A stretch of DNA of 32,000 bases from Synechococcus sp. A15-24 (GTDB lineage: Bacteria > Cyanobacteriota > Cyanobacteriia > PCC-6307 > Cyanobiaceae). The DNA lies in NCBI RefSeq assembly GCF_014280195.1, contig NZ_CP047960.1, positions 480,001 to 512,000 of the forward strand. Direction: 5' to 3'. Under the pieces are notes generated by a model that did no database searches, was not told where the DNA came from, and saw only the letters and a list, made by a program, of their open reading frames with translations. Positions 19,357-27,579 of the stretch are shown one piece after another (within the stretch, counting starts at the first letter, position 1; each line of letters starts with the position of its first letter). Both the position numbers and the translations under genes were made by a program.

Positions 19357-19400
19357 GTTGCTCAGCACCCTTGCATGACCCTGACCTTCCCGCTGTCGCC

Positions 19401-19832
19401 GTGAGCCGTCCCGATGTCGAGGAACTGCTGGAGGCCGGCAGCATTCACACCAGCCCCGGGGGGCAGTACAGCTTCCGCGTGATCGGCCCCTGCTGCCGCC
19501 TGTTCGATCGTGAGGAGTTGCCCTGGCCCTGTTGTCGGTTGGCCTGGCGCAGCAAGGAGCCCAGCTGGCGTCGAGTGGGGCGTCGCTTTGTTCCGGACCT
19601 GGCGGCGCGGCGTTGCCCCTCCTATGCCGTTGAATTGCTTCAGCCGGGCTCCCGGCCCACCGCCACGGTGCTGACGCTGTTTTCGGTGCGGTTCAGCCGT
19701 GAGCTGCAGGAGTGGTGGTACAGCCGCCATCCCCGTTCGATGGAGCCGCTCAATCTCCTTCCCCCATCCCCTGCAGAGCCAACAGAAAACCCCAGTGGCT
19801 TCAGGGCCGCTGGGGTAAGTGAATCCGATTGA
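19401..19832 (+). CDS. hypothetical Cys-rich protein
   Basis: GC3-rich, host-like codons. I place the start at GTG 19401 because the track start 19347 lies inside the petF terminator. It contains a repeated PCCRL motif. I recognised no family. Confidence 0.5.
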   Translation: MSRPDVEELLEAGSIHTSPGGQYSFRVIGPCCRLFDREELPWPCCRLAWRSKEPSWRRVGRRFVPDLAARRCPSYAVELLQPGSRPTATVLTLFSVRFSRELQEWWYSRHPRSMEPLNLLPPSPAEPTENPSGFRAAGVSESD

Positions 19833-19841
19833 TGGTCGCAA

Positions 19842-20354
19842 TCAGAAGTAGATCTTGCCGCCGCCCCAGGCGGTGCCCTGAACCTTGGGCGCCACCAGGA
19901 TGTAGCCGGCCATCAGGCGCAGTTCCTCATCGGTGAGATCGCGCATGGCGGGATAGAGCTCGGCATCGCGCATGCTCGGGTGCAGGTCGGCAATGCTGTA
20001 TTCCCCGTCGTAGGAGGTGGGGTCCTTCATGTAGTCCACCAGGGCGTCGACGTTGTCGCGGGCTGGCGTGGCCAGGGCCAGGGTCTCGGGATCGAGGCCC
20101 ACGTTGTGGTTGGTCTTGGTGATGCCACCGGCGTGGCAGGTACCGCAGCTGGTGTTGAACACCTTGCGGCCGGTGTTGATCTCCTGCTCGCTGAAGGTCA
20201 CCTCAGTGCCCTCAGGGTTGCTTGGAACGGTGAGGGTCTCGGCATCCCAGCGGGCCGCCTCTGCAGGGGACGCCATCACCAGTCCGATCAGCACGGGAAC
20301 CAGGATGAGAAGTCCCTTCAGGGATCGCTGCAATGTGGAGAAAAGAGAGGCCAT
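19842..20354 (-). CDS. psbV: cytochrome c-550 (PsbV), extrinsic PSII subunit
   Basis: Signal peptide ending SPAEA, heme motif CGTCH, and C-terminal GGGKIYF. The start is most likely ATG 20354 (MASLFSTLQ) rather than the track start 20387. Confidence 0.92.
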   Translation of the reverse strand: MASLFSTLQRSLKGLLILVPVLIGLVMASPAEAARWDAETLTVPSNPEGTEVTFSEQEINTGRKVFNTSCGTCHAGGITKTNHNVGLDPETLALATPARDNVDALVDYMKDPTSYDGEYSIADLHPSMRDAELYPAMRDLTDEELRLMAGYILVAPKVQGTAWGGGKIYF

Positions 20355-20428
20355 GAAGGACGCCGGGGATTGACGGACAAACCGCACCCAGCTCTTGTAT
20401 CACGGCAAGTTGGCCGTCTGTGGCGGAA

Positions 20429-21388
20429 TCACGAACTGTTGCAGCAGGGTTTCACATCCAGGCTGAGGAAGTCCTTGGCCAGGACCGTGTTGGGGAAGAT
20501 CGCCTGCGCTTCCTTCAACAGGTCGTCGGGGCTGACCGGGTTGCCCGGCACATAACGGGGACTGAGATGGGTGATCGCCAGCTGTCCCACCCCGGCTTCA
20601 GCCGCGGTCTGGGCTGCCATGGTGCTGGTGGAGTGCTGTTTCTGGAAGGCCATCTCCGCTTCAGCGTGGGCAAAGGTCGATTCATGGATGAGCAGATCCA
20701 CGCCTCGGGCCAGCTCAACGGCGGCATCGCAGAAGACCGTATCCGTGCAGATCATCACGCTCACCCCCGGTCGCTCGGGCCCGCAGAGCGTGGTGCCGTC
20801 GATCACGCGGCCGTCCTCCAGCGTGACGCTCTCCCCCCGCTTCAGTTGGGCATACACCGGCCCTGGCGGAATGCCGAGGGAGCGGGCTTTGTCGATGTCG
20901 AACCGACCCGCCAGGGGCTTCTGGTCCACCCGGTAGGCATAAGCGGGCACCCGGTGGGTCAGGGGGGTGCAGCGCACGGTGAGCTCGTCGTCTTCGAACA
21001 GCAGCGTTCCCTGCTCAGCCGCCGGCCGTGAGCGGTGCACCTGAAGTGGATAGCCGATGCGGGTGGAGCTGGTGTTCAGCGCACCCTTCAGAAACGACTC
21101 GAGCGGGTCAGGACCGTAGAGATCCACACCGTCCTGGCAGGAGCCCGATAATCCCAGGCTGGCCAGCAATCCCGGCAGCCCGAAGACGTGATCACCATGC
21201 ATGTGGGTGACAAAGATCCGCCGCAGCTGCGACAGGCGCAGCTCGCTGCGCAGAAATTGATGCTGGGTGCCCTCGCCACAGTCGAACAGCCACATCTCCG
21301 AGCGCTGGGGCAGACGCAGCGCCACCGCTGAGACGTTGCGCGCTCGCGTGGGCACTCCGGAACTGGTACCGAGAAAGGTGACCTGCAC
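20429..21388 (-). CDS. rnz: ribonuclease Z
   Basis: 319 aa. [14 protein letters not shown] start and the metallo-beta-lactamase motif [15 protein letters not shown]. Confidence 0.93.
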   Translation of the reverse strand: MQVTFLGTSSGVPTRARNVSAVALRLPQRSEMWLFDCGEGTQHQFLRSELRLSQLRRIFVTHMHGDHVFGLPGLLASLGLSGSCQDGVDLYGPDPLESFLKGALNTSSTRIGYPLQVHRSRPAAEQGTLLFEDDELTVRCTPLTHRVPAYAYRVDQKPLAGRFDIDKARSLGIPPGPVYAQLKRGESVTLEDGRVIDGTTLCGPERPGVSVMICTDTVFCDAAVELARGVDLLIHESTFAHAEAEMAFQKQHSTSTMAAQTAAEAGVGQLAITHLSPRYVPGNPVSPDDLLKEAQAIFPNTVLAKDFLSLDVKPCCNSS

Positions 21389-21409
21389 GGCCGCTGATCC
21401 TCAAGCGCC

Positions 21410-22792
21410 ATGCTGCCATCTGGCTGGCCCTGGACAGGCAGGTCACACTGGGTCGGGTTCTGGTGTTGTGTGCGTTTCGCTCCGATCGTCGCCCTGATGG
21501 GCTGTGCCGTCGTCAGCGCTGTCGCTCCGCCAGCTGCTGTTCCCCTCGGGCGAGAGCCGCAGATGCGCGTGCTGGTGCAGGAAGGTTCGCGCCTGGCCCT
21601 GCGAGCTGATGGCGAGCAGTTGTTTCAGGTGCGTGGTCTGCCGGGGGGGAGCCGATCGTTGCGGCGGCTGGTGCTGCGTTTGCGCGGCGGGGCGCTGGTG
21701 GCGGAGCTGGATGGCGAGCAGCAACGACTCCCGGCCAGCAGCCTGCTTCGGGTGAGTTCCAACGATCCCCGGGGCATCTGGCTGGGGCAGCGCCGTTACC
21801 GGGGCGAGTTGCGCCTCAGCGGCCGCGGCGGTCAGCTCAGGGCCGTCAACGCCCTCGGCATCGAGACGTACCTGATGAGTGTGGTGGGCAGTGAGATGCC
21901 CCATCAATGGCCGCTGGCTGCCCTCCAGGCCCAGGCTGTAGCCGCGCGCACCTATGCCCTGCAGCAACGCAGCCGCGGGGGGGGCTGGGATTTAAAAGCC
22001 ACTGTTGCCAGCCAGGTGTACCTCGGGGTTGAGTCCGAAACCCCGAGCACACGCAAGGCGGTCGGCAGCACCCGCTCCCTGGTGCTGGTGCATGGGGGCA
22101 AGTTGATCAATGCTGTGTTTCACAGCAGTTCCGGTGGCGTCACGGAGGCCAGCGGCATGGTCTGGCGCAACCAGCTCCCTTACCTAGTAAGTGTGCCAGA
22201 CCACGACCAGCACAGTCCGATGCATCGCTGGCAGGAGCGGTTCGATCTGGAGGGTCTCCGCCAACGGTTGCCGGAAACCGGTGGTGTGGATGCGGTCGAT
22301 GTGCTGAGCCGCAGTGCCAGTGGACGGGTGCGGCAGGCGCGGCTGAAGGGGCCGCGGGGTTCGTTGCTGCTCAGCGGCGCGGATCTCCGGCGCCGTCTGG
22401 GTCTCAAGAGCACCTTGGTGAGCTTTGCGATGGTTCAGGCCACGGCACCCCCGGAACCGGCTGCGCCCCTCCAGGCGACGCCGGTCCGCGGTCGCTCCCG
22501 CCTGGCCCAGCTCACGGCAGCGGTGGCGAGTCCTCGCCCATCGCTGCTGGGGGGGCATGGCCGGCAGCGCCGGACAGTGGTGCCAGGGATGCAACTGCTG
22601 GTGACGGGCCAGGGCCATGGCCACGGCGTGGGGATGAGTCAGTGGGGGGCCAACGGCCTGGCCCGCCAGGGCGCTGATTTCCGCACGATCCTGGGCCATT
22701 ACTACCGGGGGGCTGATGTGATGCCGTATCAACCCCATCACGATCCAGCGGTGGCGCAGGCCTGGCCATCGGCGCCAGCTTGGAGGAGTTGA
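21410..22792 (+). CDS. SpoIID/LytB-domain protein (peptidoglycan remodelling)
   Basis: Motifs YLMSVVGSEMP, ALQAQAVAARTYAL and FHSSSGGVTE. The start is uncertain: 21410 leaves only 21 nt to the divergent rnz. GTG 21470 (read as MRFAPIVALMGC, lipobox-like) and ATG 21497 are alternatives. Confidence 0.85.
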   Translation: MLPSGWPWTGRSHWVGFWCCVRFAPIVALMGCAVVSAVAPPAAVPLGREPQMRVLVQEGSRLALRADGEQLFQVRGLPGGSRSLRRLVLRLRGGALVAELDGEQQRLPASSLLRVSSNDPRGIWLGQRRYRGELRLSGRGGQLRAVNALGIETYLMSVVGSEMPHQWPLAALQAQAVAARTYALQQRSRGGGWDLKATVASQVYLGVESETPSTRKAVGSTRSLVLVHGGKLINAVFHSSSGGVTEASGMVWRNQLPYLVSVPDHDQHSPMHRWQERFDLEGLRQRLPETGGVDAVDVLSRSASGRVRQARLKGPRGSLLLSGADLRRRLGLKSTLVSFAMVQATAPPEPAAPLQATPVRGRSRLAQLTAAVASPRPSLLGGHGRQRRTVVPGMQLLVTGQGHGHGVGMSQWGANGLARQGADFRTILGHYYRGADVMPYQPHHDPAVAQAWPSAPAWRS

Positions 22793-22805
22793 TTCAGCGC
22801 CGCTG

Positions 22806-23588
22806 TTGCCCTCCTTCTTCATCAATCCGGATCTGCCGCGCTCGGCTGTGGAACTGTGCTCAAGGCTGGTGGACCAGCTGGAGCAGGCTCTGCGCCTGAA
22901 CCTGGAGGGTGCGGCGGCCCGTCGGCCTCTGGGGTTGGCCACCGGACGCACGATGGAGCCGCTGTATGCCGCGTTGGTGGAGCGCCTGCTGGGCTGGCCC
23001 CCAGGCGATCTCACAGCCCTGCGGCGGAGCTGGTGCAGCTTCAATCTGGATGAATACCTGGGGCTGCCAGCCGGTGATCCGCGCAGTTACCGGAGCTTCA
23101 TGAACGCCCAGCTCGGACGCCCCCTGTCTCTTCCGGAGGGGGCCCTGGAGCTACCCGATGGACAAGCCGCAGATGCCGATGCTGCTGCCCTGGCGTTTCA
23201 AGCCGCGCTGAACGACTTGGGCGGCATCGGGGTTCAGCTGCTGGGGCTGGGCAGCAATGGCCATGTGGGTTTCAACGAACCCCCCTGCGGTCGGGAGCAG
23301 GCCTGCCGGGTGGTGGAGCTCTCGGATGCGACGCGACGCCAGAACGCTGGCCTGTTCGGTGGTGATCCCGAGGCGGTGCCCGTCCGGGCCATCACCCTGG
23401 GGCTCAAGGAGATCCTGGCGGCTGAGCAGATCCACCTGGTGGTCACCGGGCGTGAAAAAGCGCCGATCCTTGGCCGACTGCTGGCCATGGATCAGCCCGA
23501 TCCGGCATTGCCGGCCAGCTGGTTGCTGGAGCACCCCCGGGTGAACCTCTGGGCCGATGCGGACGCCCTGTCCCTCTCCCTAGTTTGA
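22806..23588 (+). CDS. glucosamine-6-phosphate deaminase / 6-phosphogluconolactonase family protein
   Basis: 260 aa. GLATGRTMEPLY, FNLDEY and GLGSNGHVGFNEP match the NagB signature. Apparent TTG start. Confidence 0.8.
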   Translation: MPSFFINPDLPRSAVELCSRLVDQLEQALRLNLEGAAARRPLGLATGRTMEPLYAALVERLLGWPPGDLTALRRSWCSFNLDEYLGLPAGDPRSYRSFMNAQLGRPLSLPEGALELPDGQAADADAAALAFQAALNDLGGIGVQLLGLGSNGHVGFNEPPCGREQACRVVELSDATRRQNAGLFGGDPEAVPVRAITLGLKEILAAEQIHLVVTGREKAPILGRLLAMDQPDPALPASWLLEHPRVNLWADADALSLSLV

Positions 23589-23609
23589 ACACCTGAAAGC
23601 GTCGCTTCG

Positions 23610-23873
23610 ATGAGCATCGATCCCGTGGAACGCCGCTTCGAGCAGAGCTTTGAAGCGGAGCGCTGGACGCGCTTCATTCAGGACTGCCAAGACATTGAGC
23701 AGCTGCGGGAGGCGGCGCTGGGGTTGGTGCAGCAACTCGCGCAGCAGAAGGCCGCCAGTGCCTGGATGGCCAGCCGTGCCTCCGAATCCGAAAACGCCAA
23801 GCTGCAGATGCTGGCCCGGATGATCCGCCAGAAGGACGACGACAACACGACATCCCCCGATCGGGGGATGTGA
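23610..23873 (+). CDS. small helical hypothetical protein (weakly NblA-like pattern)
   Basis: 87 aa with strongly host-like GC3 codons. The two-helix pattern VERRFEQSFEAERW...IEQLREAALGLVQQLAQQ loosely recalls NblA. The last 7 codons plus the stop lie within a 22-bp palindrome. Confidence 0.6.
   Translation: MSIDPVERRFEQSFEAERWTRFIQDCQDIEQLREAALGLVQQLAQQKAASAWMASRASESENAKLQMLARMIRQKDDDNTTSPDRGM
23850..23871. repeat. 22-bp perfect palindrome (potential 9-bp stem / GATC loop hairpin)
   Basis: acatcccccgatcgggggatgt equals its own reverse complement. It overlaps the stop codon (23871-23873) of the 87-aa ORF. Confidence 0.7.
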
Positions 23874-23919
23874 TCTTGCGGCGAAAACCGGACAGTGCAG
23901 ACAACCGCTGACGCGCCTG

Positions 23920-24087
23920 ATGCACCTGTCCACCTTCGCCCAGTACCTCGACGTTCTCGACCGGATCGAAACGCTGCTGCCCTGCCGCAATGAGCAACGC
24001 CTGAAGGCTGAGCTCAAGCGGATGAAACTGCAACTGCTGTCCCTGGAGCCGGAGGACCTGCGGGCTGTATGGCAGGAATTCCGCTGA
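23920..24087 (+). CDS. small hypothetical protein, 55 aa (below the ORF-track cutoff)
   Basis: My translation: MHLSTFAQYLDVLDRIETLLPCRNEQRLKAELKRMKLQLLSLEPEDLRAVWQEFR. Most codons end in G/C, as in neighbouring genes (CTG, GAG, GAC, CGC). ATG at 23920, TGA at 24085-24087. Confidence 0.5.
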   Translation: MHLSTFAQYLDVLDRIETLLPCRNEQRLKAELKRMKLQLLSLEPEDLRAVWQEFR

Positions 24088-24092
24088 AGCGG

Positions 24093-24266
24093 TCAGCCGT
24101 TGTCCTTCTGCCAGCGGCTGAGGCTGGCGGGGGAGAACTTATGGCCGTGGCGGGCAGCCACTTTCACCACACAGGAGTTGTCCTTGCCGCAGCGTTGCAC
24201 CTCATCACGGATGTTGTCGTTGCTCTGCACACGGGACATGAACGTTTCCAGCTGCTTCATCGACAT
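24093..24266 (-). CDS. Nif11-domain small protein, 57 aa (below the ORF-track cutoff)
   Basis: My translation of the reverse strand: MSMKQLETFMSRVQSNDNIRDEVQRCGKDNSCVVKVAARHGHKFSPASLSRWQKDNG. The pattern M-S-x-x-QL-x-x-F-x-x-x-VQ-x-(D/N)...V-x-(I/V)-A-x-x-x-G-(F/H)-x-(I/F) matches Nif11-type N-terminal domains. GGAG lies 9 nt upstream of the ATG. Confidence 0.7.
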   Translation of the reverse strand: MSMKQLETFMSRVQSNDNIRDEVQRCGKDNSCVVKVAARHGHKFSPASLSRWQKDNG

Positions 24267-24377
24267 GGATCGAGTCTCCGGAAGGGATGTTTCCGGCCTA
24301 GCTGCTGGTGTTGTGTGCTCCCGAACACAACAGATTTGATCCGGATTTCCACACAGCGTGTTGCGGTTGCTTGCGCT

Positions 24378-25130
24378 CTATGAAGCTTGCAAGTCCAGAT
24401 CTTGATCAAAGTTCAGGTTGGCGTTGACGCTGCGCACGTCGTCCAGTCCATCGAGGGCATCCAGCAACTTGAGGCACTGACGGGCGGTGTCGATCTCGCT
24501 GATCTCAACGCTGGTCAGGGCTGACCAGCTGTGACCCCACTCCCGCACGGTCCAGCCCTGCTGACGCAGACCGTCCTGCAGGGCCTCCAGGGTGGTGAAG
24601 GGTCCATGCACCGTTGCGGTGCCGTCCTCGAGCAGCTCGTAGCCGTCGGCGTCGAGGCCCAGCAGGCTTTCCAGCAACCGATCCTCATCGGCAGCCGTGG
24701 CCTGGATGCTCACCTCGCTGCGGTGCGTGAACAGGTAAGCGACGCAGCCACTTTCACCGAGGTTGCCGCCGTTCTTGCTGAAGGCCAGTCGCAGATCGGC
24801 CGCTGTGCGATTGCGGTTGTCCGTGAGGGCTTCCACTAGCACGGCCATGCCGGCAGGGCCATAGCCCTCGTAACGCACCTCCTCCAGCTGGCTGCCGTCG
24901 CCCCCCTGGCCGGAGCCTTTGGCGATGGCACGCTCGATGTTGCCCGCAGGAACCCCGGCGGCTTTGGCCTTGCTGATCGCTGTGCGCAGCTGAAAGTTTC
25001 CAGATGGGTCCGCCCCATCCCGTGCCGCCACCATGATCTCGCGGCCGAGGCGGGTGAAAACTGCACCCCGTTTGGCGTCAACGACGGCCTTGGTGCGTTT
25101 GATCTGTGACCATTTGCTGTGGCCGGCCAT
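24378..25130 (-). CDS. yebC: YebC/PmpR-family DNA-binding transcriptional regulator
   Basis: 250 aa. The invariant N-terminus [22 protein letters not shown] is present. Confidence 0.93.
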   Translation of the reverse strand: MAGHSKWSQIKRTKAVVDAKRGAVFTRLGREIMVAARDGADPSGNFQLRTAISKAKAAGVPAGNIERAIAKGSGQGGDGSQLEEVRYEGYGPAGMAVLVEALTDNRNRTAADLRLAFSKNGGNLGESGCVAYLFTHRSEVSIQATAADEDRLLESLLGLDADGYELLEDGTATVHGPFTTLEALQDGLRQQGWTVREWGHSWSALTSVEISEIDTARQCLKLLDALDGLDDVRSVNANLNFDQDLDLQAS

Positions 25131-25168
25131 CGCTCCTGCGCACCCTGCACCGATGGTGACGTACGGAC

Positions 25169-26101
25169 CTAGCCGCTGGCATCAAACACCACCTTGGGTT
25201 GCAGTTGATCGTCCTCCTGGCGCAGGCCGATGCCCGCCATGCTGCCGTCGGCGTTGCAGACCACCACAGCGCCGCCGGGGCCTGGCTCCAGGCTCAGTCG
25301 CCGCCCGCAGCGCCAGTCGGCCTCCTCGCTGTCGGTGAGCTGCCGGCGGGGCAGGTGCTCCAGGGCCAGCAGCGGTGACAGGGGGGGCGGTGGTGTGACG
25401 TCCGCCTCCGGCAGGGCCTGGGCCTGGGATTCCAGGAAGCCGAGGGCCTGGGTGCGGCGCAGCTGAGCCAGGCAGCCTCCGCAGCCCAGTTGCTCGCCGA
25501 GATCCCGTGCGAGGGAGCGGATGTAGGTACCGGCAGAGCAGTGCACTTCCAGGGTCAGCTGTCCCTGGTTGGGGTCCCAGTGCAACAACTGCAGGCGATG
25601 GATGGTCACCGGCCGCGGCGGCAGGTCCATCTGCTCCCCTCTCCGGGCGCGGGCGTGGGCCCGTTCGCCGTCCACATGAACGGCCGATACCTGGGGAGGG
25701 CGTTGCTGGATCGGGCCACGGAACGGGGCAAGGGCGACCTCCAGCTCCTCGGGCTGGAGATCGGGCCAGGGGGCCTGGCGCAGCAGCTCCCCCTCCAGGT
25801 CGTCGCTGCTGGTGACGCTGCCGAGCTGGATCACCCCCCGGTAGGTCTTGTCCCCGGGGAGGTATGGCAGCAACCTCGTGGCGGGGCCGAGGGCGATCGG
25901 CAGAACCCCCGTCACCGCAGGGTCCAGGGTGCCGCCATGGCCCACCCGTTTGAGGCCGTAGCAGCGCCGCAGACGGCTGACGCAGTTGTGGGAGGTGAGG
26001 CCGGCGGGTTTGTCGATCACCACGAAGCCGAAGGGACCGTCCAAGGGAGGGTGGTCGTCGTGACCCCAGACTGTTGCATCCCAACGGTCCATTGACTCCA
26101 T
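25169..26101 (-). CDS. truB: tRNA pseudouridine(55) synthase
   Basis: [14 protein letters not shown], and the catalytic motif [17 protein letters not shown] place the start at ATG 26101 or 26092. The longer track ORF (to 26284) overlaps the divergent gene. Confidence 0.9.
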   Translation of the reverse strand: MESMDRWDATVWGHDDHPPLDGPFGFVVIDKPAGLTSHNCVSRLRRCYGLKRVGHGGTLDPAVTGVLPIALGPATRLLPYLPGDKTYRGVIQLGSVTSSDDLEGELLRQAPWPDLQPEELEVALAPFRGPIQQRPPQVSAVHVDGERAHARARRGEQMDLPPRPVTIHRLQLLHWDPNQGQLTLEVHCSAGTYIRSLARDLGEQLGCGGCLAQLRRTQALGFLESQAQALPEADVTPPPPLSPLLALEHLPRRQLTDSEEADWRCGRRLSLEPGPGGAVVVCNADGSMAGIGLRQEDDQLQPKVVFDASG

Positions 26102-26852
26102 GCCCCAGCTCCGCAGCAGCCGTGAGGTGGATGTGTCCTCGTTCATGGAGGACGGCCTGGCTGTGAAGCAGCACCTCAGCCGATATCTGGAGCTGTCGCT
26201 CGAGCAGGTGGAGCAGCGTTTGCCCAGCAGCACGGACGATCTGGCGGATCTGCACCCGGGTGCCTTCCGACCGGAGGACGCCACGACCTTCTACGAGGAC
26301 ACGGTGGGCACGGGCCATCTGCTGGAGCTGGCGGCCTGGCATCTCAGCAGTGCTGATTACATTGCCGACACCCTGCGGCTGCAGGGGATGACCGCCCGGG
26401 GCCAGGTGCTGGACTTTGGTGGCGGCATCGGCACCCACGCCCTCTCGGCGGCGGCACTACCCCAGGTGGATCACGTCTGGTTCGTCGATCTGAACCCTCA
26501 CAACCAGACTTTTGTCGAGCAACGGGCGACCGCTCTGGGCTTGTCCGACAAGCTCTCGGTGCATCGGGATCTGGAGTCCACTGGTGCGGTGCGTTTCGAC
26601 ACGGTGGTTTGCCTTGATGTGCTGGAACATCTGCCCGACCCTTCCGCACAGCTGCTGGCGTTTCATCAGCGCATGGCGTCCGATGCCACGGCGTTGCTGA
26701 ATTGGTATTTCTTCAAGGGCCACGACGGCGAATATCCCTTCCATTTCGATGATCCGCAGCTTGTGGATCAGTTCTTCAACACCCTCCAGGGACGCTTCCT
26801 TGAGGTGTTTCACCCGTTGTTGATCACAGCACGCCTGTATCGGCCGATCTGA
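26100..26852 (+). CDS. class I SAM-dependent methyltransferase
   Basis: Motif I VLDFGGGIGTHAL, and post-I/II FDTVVCLDVLEHLPDP. An alternative start at ATG 26145 (MEDGLAV) would remove the overlap with the truB start. Confidence 0.75.
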   Translation: MPQLRSSREVDVSSFMEDGLAVKQHLSRYLELSLEQVEQRLPSSTDDLADLHPGAFRPEDATTFYEDTVGTGHLLELAAWHLSSADYIADTLRLQGMTARGQVLDFGGGIGTHALSAAALPQVDHVWFVDLNPHNQTFVEQRATALGLSDKLSVHRDLESTGAVRFDTVVCLDVLEHLPDPSAQLLAFHQRMASDATALLNWYFFKGHDGEYPFHFDDPQLVDQFFNTLQGRFLEVFHPLLITARLYRPI

Positions 26853-26854
26853 CG

Positions 26855-27285
26855 ATGCAAGGTCTGCTGATCCGCCTGATCGTGATCAAGAAAGTAGTGG
26901 TCGCCTCGCTGCTGTTGGTGCTGAGCGTGGCGGCGGCTGTGGGCAGTCAGGACATGGCCGGCCTGGAGGTGTTGGCGGATGTGTGGGCTGACTCGGATCG
27001 TCGGTTGCTTGAAGGCCTGGCCCGTAGGGCGCTGGCGATGGGGCCCGATGCCCTGAGGGGTTGGCCGGCGTCGCAGCGGTTTATTCAGTGTTGATTTACC
27101 TGGCGGCTTGGGCCGCGTGGACGGATCGGCGCTGGGGGGATTGGTTGCTGGTGGCTTTGTTGGTGGTGCCTCTGCCGCTGGAGGTGATCGAGCTGATTCA
27201 CAGCAAAAGCACCAGCGACCTGGTGGTGCTGGGGCTCACGTTGCTCGGATTGACGTTGGTGACGCGGCGGGCGCTCAGGCGGTGA
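26855..27285 (+). pseudogene. DUF2127-like membrane protein split by a frameshift at a G4 run
   Basis: Track ORFs 26855-27094 and 27061-27285 read as the N- and C-halves of a single membrane protein. The C-half has AVYSVLIYLAAWAAWTDRRWGDWLL...PLPLEVIELI. One extra G in gggg (27057-27060) would fuse the two frames. Confidence 0.6.
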
Positions 27286-27535
27286 TGTTGATCCGTTTGC
27301 GGTTGCGCAGACCGCGGCGGATTGTTTCGAACTTCACCACGCCAGCGGTGAGGGCAAACAGGGTGTCGTCCTTGCCGATGCCCACATTGATACCGGGCAG
27401 AACCGAGGTGCCGCGCTGACGGATCAGAATTGAGCCGGCGGTGACGGTTTCGCCGCCATAGGCCTTAACGCCGAGGCGCTTGGCGTTGGAATCGCGACCG
27501 TTACGCGTGGAGCCTGTGCCTTTCTTATGTGCCAT
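27275..27535 (-). CDS. rpmA: 50S ribosomal protein L27
   Basis: 86 aa. [24 protein letters not shown]. Confidence 0.97.
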   Translation of the reverse strand: MAHKKGTGSTRNGRDSNAKRLGVKAYGGETVTAGSILIRQRGTSVLPGINVGIGKDDTLFALTAGVVKFETIRRGLRNRKRINITA

Positions 27536-27579
27536 GGGGTGGAAAAGGGATGGAGGGCGGTGCGGGAGAACCGGGAGGG

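Noticed and set aside
24283-24289. GGAAACA heptamer (minus strand), reminiscent of the Yfr2-family sRNA motif
   Set aside because: It is a single copy, partly inside a stem rather than in a loop. A 7-mer is expected several times by chance in 64 kb of two-strand sequence.
24069-24383. 104-aa + strand track ORF in the nagB-yebC gap
   Set aside because: Its sequence is not protein-like, whereas the opposite strand encodes a clean Nif11-like 57-aa protein and the upstream + frame a separate 55-aa ORF.
25182-26438. 418-aa alternative-frame minus ORF over truB
   Set aside because: It gives an Arg/Pro/Gly-rich off-frame translation. The truB frame carries the catalytic GTLDP motif.
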